From an uncultured Pelagibacteraceae bacterium (lineage in GTDB: Bacteria; Pseudomonadota; Alphaproteobacteria; Pelagibacterales; Pelagibacteraceae), in the NCBI GenBank assembly GCA_902615435.1, contig CACMOZ010000002.1, forward strand, positions 44,192 to 108,191: a DNA stretch of 64,000 nucleotides, read 5' to 3'. Shown in pieces: positions 17,501 through 26,578 of this stretch (position 1 is the first letter of the stretch; every line of letters begins with the position of its first letter). A program made the translations under genes and the position numbers. The notes under the pieces were generated by a model, which saw nothing but the letters and a program-made list of their open reading frames with translations, was not told the origin of the DNA and did no database searches.

Positions 17501-19837
17501 TTAATTTGGAGATAGTTTTCCAGATTTGAAATTCATATATCCAAAAAATAATAAAAATAATAATGCAAAAGGATAAACGATTACTTTATTTGGTCTTTCT
17601 GGATTTTCAATTTTAAAATTACTAATGATATCACCCATTTGAATACCAGATTTTTTTGCCTCCCCTTTCCAATTTAATTTATCTACAGTGAGTTGATCAT
17701 TCTGATCTACTAATGTTACTCCGTAATCCTCTAAGTTAAATTTATTTTCAAATTTACCTTCATCAATAACAAACAGTTTATATCTCTCTCCGTATTCAGT
17801 AACTCGAGTGACTTTTATGTGAACTTCTTTTGAAGGATCAAAAGATAAATTTTGAATACTTTCCGCTGAAAGCTTTTGTTCATTAAATTTTGGATAGAAT
17901 TTGCTTAAAACATAATCTGGAGCTAAAAAAGACAAAGATATTATTAAGAAAGCTATAGTCTCATACCACCTTAATTTATTTATAAACCATTGTTGTGTTG
18001 CAGCTGTAAAAACTAAAATACCAATTAGAGAAGTTGCTATTACCAATAAAGCTTGCCAAATACTATCAACACCAATTAATAAAAGTTCATGATTAAATAA
18101 AAAAACTATAGGTAAAATTCCTGTTCTTAAACTATACCAAATAGCTTGAAGCCCTGTTCTTAAAGGATCTCCACCAGAAATTGCTGCAGCCGCATATGAT
18201 GCCAAACCAACAGGAGGTGTTACATCGGCCATCAGTCCAAAATAAAACACGAATAAGTGAACAGCTATTAACGGAAAAATAAAGCCTGAAGCATTTCCAA
18301 CGTCAACTAAAACTGTGGCCATTAGCGAAGCCACTACTACATAGTTAGCAGTTGTAGGTAGACCCATTCCAAGAAGTAAACAAAGAATAATAGTTAATAA
18401 AATTAATATAATTACATTATCTCTTGCTATTGTCTCGATGACTATAATTAAGTTTGTGCTTAATCCTGTAGATCCAACAGCTCCCACTATTATGCCTGCA
18501 GTGGCGATCGCTATTCCAACTCCTACCATATTAATTGCACCTTTTTGTAGACCTACAATTGTTTGATTCCACCACTCTATAAGGCCTATTTTATAATCTG
18601 AGTTTTTTATAATTCGATTTAATAAATTCACTAGAATCAAAGAAATTGTTGCATAAAAAATTGAAAAACCAGCGGTGTATCGCATGTAAACAAGTAAAAA
18701 AATTAAAACAAAAATTGGTATTAGAAAATGCAGTCCAGATAAAAAAGTTCTCTTTAGATGAGGAACGTCTGCATCATCCATTCCTTTAAGTCCTAGTTTA
18801 AGAGCCTCTAGATGGGATATATAAAACAAAGCAATGTATGAAATGATAGCTGGTAAAAAAGCATGTTTAACAACTTCAAAATAAGTAACGCCTATAAAGC
18901 TTGCCATAACGAAAGCTGCAGCTCCCATAACTGGAGGCATGATTTGACCATTAACAGATGATGAAACTTCAATTGCTCCTGCTTTCTCTTGAGAGAATCC
19001 TGTTTTTTTCATAATCGGAATTGTAAAAGTTCCGGTAGTAACAGTATTTGCTATTGAGGAACCTGAAATCATTCCTGTCATTCCTGATCCTAAAATTGCT
19101 GCTTTTGCGGGTCCTCCCCGCATCTTACCAACCATAGCAAAAGCTAAATCTAAGAAGTATTTTCCTCCTCCAGCTGTTTCTAGCAAAGCTCCAAAAAGTA
19201 CAAATAAAAATATAAAATCTACCGATACTCCTATTGGTATTCCAAAAATAGCTTCTTGATCAAACCATTGAAATCCAACTAATCTTTTTACAGATAGACC
19301 TCCATGAGAAATTATATCAGGTGCATACTTTCCAAAATAAGAGAACAAAAGAAAGCAGATAGCGATAATCACCAAAGGTAAGCCTATTGCTCTTCTTGTA
19401 GCCTCTAAAAGTATTAAAATACCAATCGCACCAATAATAAGCTCTACAGGAACTTTAAACCCAAATATCTCTTTAACTAAAAGTATACCGCCCCTATTAA
19501 CAAGATCATCATAGAAAAAATAAATATAAAGACAACAGAATGCAGCGACAATACTTATAAGAATATCAAAAACCGATATTTTCTTTCCTCGTACAACAGG
19601 AAAAATTAAAAATGTCAGTGTAAGTGCGAAACCTAAATGTATTGCTCTAGCAGGTAGACCTTTAAACATTCCAAAGTTAAACCAAAAAGGAAATGGAGAG
19701 GCGTACCAAAGTTGAAATAAAGTCCAGAGAATAGCAATACCAAAAACTACTTTTAAGTGAATGCCCGATAAATTTCGAGTTGGAGATATATCTTCTTGAA
19801 TTTTGTCTTTAATCTTACTTTGAATAGTTTGATTCAT
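17501..19837 (-). CDS. TRAP transporter fused 4TM/12TM permease
   Basis: GGPAKAA, GSSIANTVTTG, GQIMPPVMGAAAF, LGMGLPTTANY and DVTPPVGLA motifs. Confidence 0.95.
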   Translation of the reverse strand: MNQTIQSKIKDKIQEDISPTRNLSGIHLKVVFGIAILWTLFQLWYASPFPFWFNFGMFKGLPARAIHLGFALTLTFLIFPVVRGKKISVFDILISIVAAFCCLYIYFFYDDLVNRGGILLVKEIFGFKVPVELIIGAIGILILLEATRRAIGLPLVIIAICFLLFSYFGKYAPDIISHGGLSVKRLVGFQWFDQEAIFGIPIGVSVDFIFLFVLFGALLETAGGGKYFLDLAFAMVGKMRGGPAKAAILGSGMTGMISGSSIANTVTTGTFTIPIMKKTGFSQEKAGAIEVSSSVNGQIMPPVMGAAAFVMASFIGVTYFEVVKHAFLPAIISYIALFYISHLEALKLGLKGMDDADVPHLKRTFLSGLHFLIPIFVLIFLLVYMRYTAGFSIFYATISLILVNLLNRIIKNSDYKIGLIEWWNQTIVGLQKGAINMVGVGIAIATAGIIVGAVGSTGLSTNLIIVIETIARDNVIILILLTIILCLLLGMGLPTTANYVVVASLMATVLVDVGNASGFIFPLIAVHLFVFYFGLMADVTPPVGLASYAAAAISGGDPLRTGLQAIWYSLRTGILPIVFLFNHELLLIGVDSIWQALLVIATSLIGILVFTAATQQWFINKLRWYETIAFLIISLSFLAPDYVLSKFYPKFNEQKLSAESIQNLSFDPSKEVHIKVTRVTEYGERYKLFVIDEGKFENKFNLEDYGVTLVDQNDQLTVDKLNWKGEAKKSGIQMGDIISNFKIENPERPNKVIVYPFALLFLLFFGYMNFKSGKLSPN

Positions 19838-19860
19838 TTCACTTAAGATACATTATTATA

Positions 19861-19893
19861 AAAAAAAAGGCCCAAAAATTTTGGGCCTTTTTT
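19861..19893. terminator. Bidirectional intrinsic terminator-like hairpin between TAXI binding protein and permease
   Basis: AAAAAAGGCCCAAAA-A-TTTTGGGCCTTTTTT perfect inverted repeat with A/T tracts on both sides. Confidence 0.85.
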
Positions 19894-19913
19894 AATTAAA
19901 CTAAAAAGTTGAA

Positions 19914-20918
19914 TTACATTAATCCAGCTTCTTTGTAGTACTTAATTGCACCTGGATGTAATGGAGCCGATAAACCATCAGCTATCATATTTTTCTTTTC
20001 CAGAGGTCCAAAAGCTGGATGCTGCGCTCTGAAATCGTCAAAGTTTTCCATCACCGCTTTTGTTACTAAGTATACAAGTTCTTCAGAAACATCTGCGCTT
20101 GTAACAACTGTAGCTTTTACACCAAACGTTGTAGCATCTTTTTTCTGATTAGAATAAGTTCCTTTTGGAATTACAGCTTTTGCATAGTAGTCTGCTCCAT
20201 CAATTAAACCTTGAACTGGAGCACCAGTTAAATTGATTGGGCTAGCTTTTGCTTTACAAGTTGCTGCTTGTTCCATAGCACCATTTGGAAATCCTACTGA
20301 ATAACCAAATGCGTCTATTTTACCATCACAAAGAGCTTTAACTTGTTCAGAAGAAGTAAGTTCAGTAGTAGCTTTGAACATACTCATGTCTGCTCCCATA
20401 GCTTTCATTAATTCTTCCATAGTTCCTCTTTGTCCAGAACCTGGGTTACCAATGTTTACTGTTTTTCCTTTTAGACCTTTAAAATCTTTAATTTTAGATT
20501 TTTTGCTTGCCCAAATTTGGAAAGGTTCATTGTGAACAGAAAATACAGCTCTTAAATTACTGAACTGTTTTCCTTCCCATTTGCTTGAACCGTTGTAAGC
20601 ATGATACTGCCAGTCTGACTGAGCAACACCAAATTGAAACTCACCATCTTTGATTTGTCCAATGTTGTAGTTAGAGCCACCTGTTGAAGGTGCAGTACAT
20701 CTATAAGCTTTTGCAGTACCTTTTTTTCTACCATGATCAGCACTTATTGCTGACTTATGTAACATTTTACATATAGCGTTACCTGTTTGGAAATATACTC
20801 CAGTAGGTCCACCTGTTCCTATTGTAAAGAACTCTGCTGATTTTGCGATCGAAGTAATAGGGCTTGAAAAAGCTAACATTACTAGTACCGCTGAAATCAA
20901 TGATATCATTTTTTTCAT
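19914..20918 (-). CDS. TAXI family TRAP solute-binding protein
   Basis: IGTGGPTGVYF, STGGSNYN, GVAQSD and PLHPGAIKYYKE; SD GAGGAG 5 nt before the ATG at 20918. Confidence 0.95.
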   Translation of the reverse strand: MKKMISLISAVLVMLAFSSPITSIAKSAEFFTIGTGGPTGVYFQTGNAICKMLHKSAISADHGRKKGTAKAYRCTAPSTGGSNYNIGQIKDGEFQFGVAQSDWQYHAYNGSSKWEGKQFSNLRAVFSVHNEPFQIWASKKSKIKDFKGLKGKTVNIGNPGSGQRGTMEELMKAMGADMSMFKATTELTSSEQVKALCDGKIDAFGYSVGFPNGAMEQAATCKAKASPINLTGAPVQGLIDGADYYAKAVIPKGTYSNQKKDATTFGVKATVVTSADVSEELVYLVTKAVMENFDDFRAQHPAFGPLEKKNMIADGLSAPLHPGAIKYYKEAGLM

Positions 20919-20981
20919 GTGCACTCCTCTTGTTATAATAATTAATTTAACTATGTTATTGGATAGAGGTCAAAGAGATTC

Positions 20982-22220
20982 TTATAAATTTTTGGCCCAA
21001 TTTGATAATTTATTTACACCTTCTACTATATTTGGCGCATACTTTTTAATCATCTCATCATCTATCATACTACAGTTTGTAACATTTCTAAAAAATTCAA
21101 TACCATCAAAATCAGTATAGCTTAACCTAGTTAACATTTTTTTAGGAGAAAAACCAAAATCTGATCCAGGTAACATTGCTACACCAGTATCGTTTAAAAC
21201 TGCTTCACATAATTTTGATGAAGTTTTATATTTTTTATTTTTAAATTCAGGCATTAAATAAAATGCACCTTGTGGTGGAGCAATTAATACTTTGTTTGAT
21301 TTAAGGTTATAATATACATAATTTCCAATTGCTTTTAATATCGCTCTTACTTTGAGTTTATAATTTTCATGTTCATAAGCATAAGCTTCTACGGAAGCGT
21401 ATTGCGTTGGGGTATTTACCGTTGAGTAAGACTCACTAGCAAGTGATTTAAGGCTTCTTAAAAATTCAGTTAATTTTTTTGGAACAGCCAGAAATCCTAG
21501 TCTCCAGCCACCTGCTCCGCACCATTTGCTTAAACCTCCTGTTATAAAAGTTAATTCTGGGTAAAATTTGGATATAGAATTATATTCATTTGAAAATGTG
21601 AGATCGGTATAAATTTCATCAGATAAAACCATTATTTTATTTTTTTTTGCTATTTTAGCTAGTTCCTCTAAATTATTACATACTGCTCCAGATGGATTAT
21701 TTGGTGAGTTTAGAATTAAAATAAGGTTTTTATTTTTTCCAATTGATTTAATTTTTTTTTCAAGCTCTTTCCCAGTAGGAAACCAATTGTTTGATCTTGA
21801 AGTTTCCAACCAATGAACTTTATTCGAACCTATCTCTGCTTGAGGTTCATATGAAACCCAGCCAGGTGCGGGAATTATAATTTCACCATTAAATGCAATG
21901 TGAATAAGCAGCATTGCTTCTTTTGAGCCAGGTGTAATTAATATATTTTCTTTTGGGTAATCATTTCCCGTTCTTTTATATAAGTATTTTGAAATATTTT
22001 CTCTTAAATCAGATAACCCTTGTATGGGTAAGTACTCTTTTCTATATGCATTTTTTTTTAATGCATCTACAATTCTTTCTGGAACTGGGAATGGTGACTG
22101 ACCAAAACCAAATTGATATATTTTTTTTCCTTTAGAAATAAGTTCTTTCGATTTTTCGTTTATTACAAGTGTTGAGGATTCTTTTAACTTAAGAATTTTT
22201 TTTTTTACTTTAGATGTCAT
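20982..22220 (-). CDS. PLP-dependent class I/II (aspartate-type) aminotransferase
   Basis: NSPNNPSG, LSDEIY and GLSKWCGAGGWRLG motifs. Confidence 0.92.
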   Translation of the reverse strand: MTSKVKKKILKLKESSTLVINEKSKELISKGKKIYQFGFGQSPFPVPERIVDALKKNAYRKEYLPIQGLSDLRENISKYLYKRTGNDYPKENILITPGSKEAMLLIHIAFNGEIIIPAPGWVSYEPQAEIGSNKVHWLETSRSNNWFPTGKELEKKIKSIGKNKNLILILNSPNNPSGAVCNNLEELAKIAKKNKIMVLSDEIYTDLTFSNEYNSISKFYPELTFITGGLSKWCGAGGWRLGFLAVPKKLTEFLRSLKSLASESYSTVNTPTQYASVEAYAYEHENYKLKVRAILKAIGNYVYYNLKSNKVLIAPPQGAFYLMPEFKNKKYKTSSKLCEAVLNDTGVAMLPGSDFGFSPKKMLTRLSYTDFDGIEFFRNVTNCSMIDDEMIKKYAPNIVEGVNKLSNWAKNL

Positions 22221-22375
22221 TTTAGCTTCAAATTACCTTACGGGGACTGCCTATTATAAGTCAAATCAATTATTAAAATTGGAACATTTGACAAAACGAT
22301 TCGGTCATGTTTTAATCTTATTTTGTTCTCAACTTTGATCTACATATAGTATAAATTTAAATATCTGACACAATT

Positions 22376-24841
22376 ATGAATACTAAATCTCAAAAAATTG
22401 TTGCACTTTTAGGACCTACAAATACCGGTAAAACCCATGTTGCGATTGAAAAAATGTTAGAGTTCAACAATGGGATTTTCGGGCTCCCGCTAAGGCTTCT
22501 TGCTAGAGAGGTATATGATAGATGCGTCAACAAGGTTGGATCAGAGAAAGTTGCTTTAATCACTGGAGAAGAAAAAATAATTCCGAGCACTGCTAATTAT
22601 TTTATTTGCACTGTAGAATCAATGCCTAAAAATAAAGAGGTAGAATTTATTGCTATCGATGAAATTCAGATGTGTGGAGACAGAGAGAGAGGGCATATAT
22701 TTACTGAAAGAATGCTTGAGTCTCGTGGAACAAAATTAACCATGTTCCTGGGTTCGCAAGTCATGACTAAAATTATCGATGAGTTAGTTGATAATGTTGA
22801 ATTTGAAAATAAGGAAAGATATTCAAAACTTAGTTATTCGGGAATAAAAAAAATTTCTAGATTAGATCGTAAAGTTGCAATAATTGCATTTTCAATTGAG
22901 GAAGTTTATGCAATTGCTGAGCTTGTCAGACGACAAAAAGGTGGGGCCGCAGTAATTATGGGATCATTGAGTCCTAAAACACGTAACTCTCAAGTTGGTT
23001 TATATCAATCAGGTGACGTAGATTATTTAATAGCAACTGATGCTATTGGTATGGGCTTAAATATGGATATTAATGAAATTTACTTCTCTAATTTAAAAAA
23101 GTTTGACGGAAAAAAAACAAGGAGGCTTAATTTAATTGAGATGTCTCAAATTGCAGGCCGTGCAGGAAGATTTAAAAATGATGGTGGATTTGGAACTACA
23201 GGAGATTGCGAAACTTTAAATTCAGATGAAATTGAAAAAATTGAAAAACATGAATTACCAAATACTAAAACTATATATTGGAGAAATTCAAAATTAGACT
23301 TTGAGAATCCTGAAAAATTAATTTCCTCTCTGGAGCTTAAACCGTCTCAAAAAAATTTGTTAAGAACGAATGACTCACTCGATGAAAGTGTTTTAAGATT
23401 TTTCCTAAAAAAAGGAGCTAATAATATTATTTATCACAAAAATTTAGAATTATTGTGGGAATGTTGTCAAATACCAGATTTTGAGAAAAAAGCCTACGGG
23501 CAACATATAAATGTAATTGATAAAGTGTTTCAATTTTTGTCTACAAGAAAAAAAAGGATTCCAAGCACATTTATGAAAGAACAACTTAAAGGTTTAGAAA
23601 GGGATCATGGAAATGTAGACTTGTTATCTCATCGACTTTCTAATGTCAGAACTTGGTCTTACGTTGCTAATAAAAAGAATTGGGTTGAAAATTCAGATTA
23701 TTGGGTTCAACTTACAAAAAATATTGAAGATAAATTATCAGATAAATTACACGATGAATTGACTAAAAGTTTTATTGATAAAAAAATAAGTATTTTATCA
23801 AGAAGTTTAAAACAGGATCTTGTCTTAAATACAGAGATAAATAATGAAAATAAAATATATATTGATAACCAATTAATAGGTGAGCTCAAAGGGCTTAAGT
23901 TTTTAATAGAAGTTACTTCTAAAACATTAGATACTGATATCAAATCAATTAAAAAAGCTGCGAGAAAGGGAGTTGAAGAAGAATTAGTAAAAAGAGTAAA
24001 TGAAATTTTAAATAAGTCTGAAATTGAAATAAACAATGAGAGTAAAATTATTTGGAAAAACAATCCTATTGCAAGATTAAAGAGGGGAAACGACTACCTA
24101 AATCCTGAGATAGAAATCATTGCTGACGACGCCTTAGATGCACAATCAAAGTCTAAATTGAATGCTTTCTTAATTAAATGGATAATAAACCATACTAATG
24201 AAGTTTTAGGTGATCTAATTAAATTAAAAAAACACAAAATTACTAATCAATATTTAAGAGGTTTAGTATTTCAGTTATATGAAAATAATGGAGTAATTAA
24301 AAGAAGTGAGGTAGACAAAATTGTAAAATCAATTCCTGCAGAGGAAAGAAAAAAATTGTGGGGAATGGGAATAAAAATAGGCAGATATCATATTTATTTA
24401 CCAAAAATGCTTAAACCTAAAGCAGTGGAGTTTAGAATTGCTTTATGGAAAATATTTCATAACCTATCAGATCGAAACAAAATTCCTAAATCAGGATTAA
24501 ATTTTTTAGTTGGAAGTTCATTAGAAAAAAATTTCTTATTACTATGTGGATTTGAAAAATTTAGAGATTTTTTTGTAAGAATAGACATCCTTGAAAAATT
24601 ATTTTTAAAAATTGTAGATAATACAAAGGATAAAAAATTCAAAATAAATGCTGAAATGATGAATTTGCTTGGTTGTTCTAAAGATAATTTTTATAAATTA
24701 ATGACATATATGAATTATAAGAAAGATAAGACTATCGATACTTATATTTTTGTGGGAGAAAAGAGAAAAAGAGAGAAAATAATACGATTTGACAAAAAAG
24801 AAAATCCATTTAATAAGCTTCTTTCTTTAAATATAAAATAA
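22376..24841 (+). CDS. SUV3-like SF2 helicase
   Basis: GPTNTGKT, DEIQ, ATDAIGMGLN and QIAGRAGR motifs. Confidence 0.92.
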   Translation: MNTKSQKIVALLGPTNTGKTHVAIEKMLEFNNGIFGLPLRLLAREVYDRCVNKVGSEKVALITGEEKIIPSTANYFICTVESMPKNKEVEFIAIDEIQMCGDRERGHIFTERMLESRGTKLTMFLGSQVMTKIIDELVDNVEFENKERYSKLSYSGIKKISRLDRKVAIIAFSIEEVYAIAELVRRQKGGAAVIMGSLSPKTRNSQVGLYQSGDVDYLIATDAIGMGLNMDINEIYFSNLKKFDGKKTRRLNLIEMSQIAGRAGRFKNDGGFGTTGDCETLNSDEIEKIEKHELPNTKTIYWRNSKLDFENPEKLISSLELKPSQKNLLRTNDSLDESVLRFFLKKGANNIIYHKNLELLWECCQIPDFEKKAYGQHINVIDKVFQFLSTRKKRIPSTFMKEQLKGLERDHGNVDLLSHRLSNVRTWSYVANKKNWVENSDYWVQLTKNIEDKLSDKLHDELTKSFIDKKISILSRSLKQDLVLNTEINNENKIYIDNQLIGELKGLKFLIEVTSKTLDTDIKSIKKAARKGVEEELVKRVNEILNKSEIEINNESKIIWKNNPIARLKRGNDYLNPEIEIIADDALDAQSKSKLNAFLIKWIINHTNEVLGDLIKLKKHKITNQYLRGLVFQLYENNGVIKRSEVDKIVKSIPAEERKKLWGMGIKIGRYHIYLPKMLKPKAVEFRIALWKIFHNLSDRNKIPKSGLNFLVGSSLEKNFLLLCGFEKFRDFFVRIDILEKLFLKIVDNTKDKKFKINAEMMNLLGCSKDNFYKLMTYMNYKKDKTIDTYIFVGEKRKREKIIRFDKKENPFNKLLSLNIK

Positions 24842-25234
24842 ATGAATAAATTAGATAAAGAGAGCGTTATTGGTATTTCTGCACTACTTGTACATGCAGC
24901 AAATATAGATGAAACGTATTCATCTCATGAAAAAGATTTAGTTAAAAATTTTATAAAATCTTATTTAAAAAATGATGATGAAAATGAGATTTTAAAAAAA
25001 GCTGAAGAAATAGAGAATAATTCAAATCAACTATTAAATTATACTAATATAATAAAAAAAAATTCAATGGATTTAAAAAAAGATATAATCGAACATCTTT
25101 GGAAAGTAATAATTTCTGATAATACAGTTGATCAATACGAATCTAATTTGATGAGGAGAGTTTGTGGTTTGATTTACTTCCCTGATAAAGAATGTGCTGA
25201 AATAAAACTTAAACTATTAAATGATAAACTATAA
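24842..25234 (+). CDS. TerB-like family protein
   Basis: ALLVHAANID...E and LWKVIISD...YESNLMRRV pattern of TerB-like domains. Confidence 0.75.
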   Translation: MNKLDKESVIGISALLVHAANIDETYSSHEKDLVKNFIKSYLKNDDENEILKKAEEIENNSNQLLNYTNIIKKNSMDLKKDIIEHLWKVIISDNTVDQYESNLMRRVCGLIYFPDKECAEIKLKLLNDKL

Positions 25235-25576
25235 ATGACTTATATTGTAAAAGATGAATGTATTAAATGTAAACTCACTGATTGTGTTGAAGTTTGTCCT
25301 GTAGATTGTTTTTATGAGGGGGAAAATATGCTTGTAATAAATCCAGACGAGTGTATTGACTGCGGTGTGTGTGAACCTGAGTGTCCAATTGATGCTATAA
25401 AAGCTGACACGGACGAAACTGTCGAGGATAAAGAAAAATGGTTATTGCTAAATAAAAAGTTTTCTGCAAAATGGCCTAATATTTCAAAGAAAAAAGATCC
25501 GATGGTCGATCATGAGAAATTTAGAGAAATAAAGAATAAGTATGATAAACACTTTTCAGAAAAACCTGGAAAATAA
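25235..25576 (+). CDS. fdxA: 7Fe ferredoxin
   Basis: [18 protein letters not shown] and [12 protein letters not shown]. Confidence 0.95.
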   Translation: MTYIVKDECIKCKLTDCVEVCPVDCFYEGENMLVINPDECIDCGVCEPECPIDAIKADTDETVEDKEKWLLLNKKFSAKWPNISKKKDPMVDHEKFREIKNKYDKHFSEKPGK

Positions 25577-25579
25577 AAT

Positions 25580-26245
25580 ATGCCAAAAAAGAAAAAAGCA
25601 AAAAAAGCAAAAAAGATAAAAAAAGCAAAAAAATCAATCAAGCCTAAAACGTCCATTAAAACGTTAGATAAAAAAAGTAATATTGCTGGTCCAGACGATA
25701 AACCAGAAATTAAAAAAATTAAAAAACAACCTACTGAAAAACGTAATTATAACTTAAAGGATTTTGTTGTTTATCCTAAGCATGGGGTTGGAAAAATAAC
25801 TGCAATTGAAAAGGCAAAGATTGGTGAAATAGATATTCAATTTTATAAAATATTAGTTGAAAAGGAAAAATTGACATTAACGGTTCCTATAAACCAACAA
25901 TCAAAACTAAGACCTATATCTTCTATAAATCAAATAAATAAATGTATATCAATTTTGAAAACAAAGCCTAAAATAAAAAGAACAATGTGGAGTAGAAGGG
26001 CACAAGAATATGATCAAAAGATTAATTCTGGTAAAATTTATGAATTGGCCGAAGTAGTTAAAGACCTTAATAAAAATACTGATATTATCGCAGATCAATC
26101 ATACTCTGAGAGACAATTATTTGAAAAAGCCTACGAAAGATTGAAATCTGAATTCGAGGCAGTATTAAAAATAAACCCTGAAGATGTTCAAAAAAAAATG
26201 GATAAAGCTTTAGGTAGAACAAATATTTCTGAGAGTACGGAATAA
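25580..26245 (+). CDS. carD: CarD family transcriptional regulator with Lys-rich N-terminal extension
   Basis: VVYPKHGVG, MWSRRAQEY and SYSERQLFE motifs; follows fdxA as in other alphaproteobacteria. Confidence 0.93.
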   Translation: MPKKKKAKKAKKIKKAKKSIKPKTSIKTLDKKSNIAGPDDKPEIKKIKKQPTEKRNYNLKDFVVYPKHGVGKITAIEKAKIGEIDIQFYKILVEKEKLTLTVPINQQSKLRPISSINQINKCISILKTKPKIKRTMWSRRAQEYDQKINSGKIYELAEVVKDLNKNTDIIADQSYSERQLFEKAYERLKSEFEAVLKINPEDVQKKMDKALGRTNISESTE

Positions 26246-26281
26246 AAAAACGCCCTTCTTAAAAAATTAAAAAGGGCGTTT
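26244..26281 (-). terminator. Intrinsic terminator between carD and the basic-peptide gene
   Basis: AAACGCCCTT(26248-57)/AAGGGCGTTT(26272-81) stem; the A7 run at 26244-50 gives a U-tract on the minus strand. Confidence 0.8.
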
Positions 26282-26295
26282 AGTTAAAGAGAAAA

Positions 26296-26370
26296 CTATC
26301 TTCTTTTTCTTCTTCTTTTTTTAGCTTTCTTTTTAGTTTTCTTTTTAGCTTTTTTTCTTCTTTTAGCCAT
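26296..26370 (-). CDS. 24-aa extremely basic peptide (MAKRRKKAKKKTKKKAKKRRRKRR)
   Basis: Manual translation; SD AAGGGAG 5 nt before ATG; terminator just downstream; promoter-like motif upstream. Confidence 0.75.
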   Translation of the reverse strand: MAKRRKKAKKKTKKKAKKRRRKRR

Positions 26371-26420
26371 CTTTTCTCCCTTGTTAATAAACAAATCTTA
26401 ATGATTCGTTTGTTAATTAA

Positions 26421-26448
26421 ACATTAATTATTAAAAGATTCATGTCAA
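26421..26448 (-). promoter_or_regulatory. Putative sigma70 promoter of the basic-peptide gene
   Basis: Minus strand TTGACA-N16-TAATGT; GATTC (GANTC) sites at 26403, 26437 and 26471. Confidence 0.5.
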
Positions 26449-26578
26449 ACATAAATTATTTTGTAAAATTGATTCAAAATTAAAATTTTTAATTATTTAT
26501 TTTATTTTTAGTAAATTTTTAAAAAAGTTAGCAATATCAATGTTTTTTTAAGCAAATTTATAAACTTTTTTTATAAAA

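Noticed and set aside
22221-22260. Short GC-rich leader (GGCAGTCCCCGTAAGG) before the aminotransferase
   Set aside because: Only a 2-bp stem around GTAA; too short to support a riboswitch call.
22280-22330. Possible LexA box upstream of the helicase (GAAC and GTTC words)
   Set aside because: No GTTC-N7-GTTC or GAAC-N7-GAAC direct repeat with correct spacing.
26296-26370. Short tandem units (TTTTTAG, TCT) as a CRISPR array or microsatellite
   Set aside because: No repeat-spacer structure; the periodicity is explained by Lys/Arg/Ala codons of the basic peptide.
26412-26427. CtrA-like box TTAA-N7-TTAAC upstream of the basic peptide
   Set aside because: Very likely by chance in AT-rich DNA, and ctrA is not known to me in Pelagibacter.
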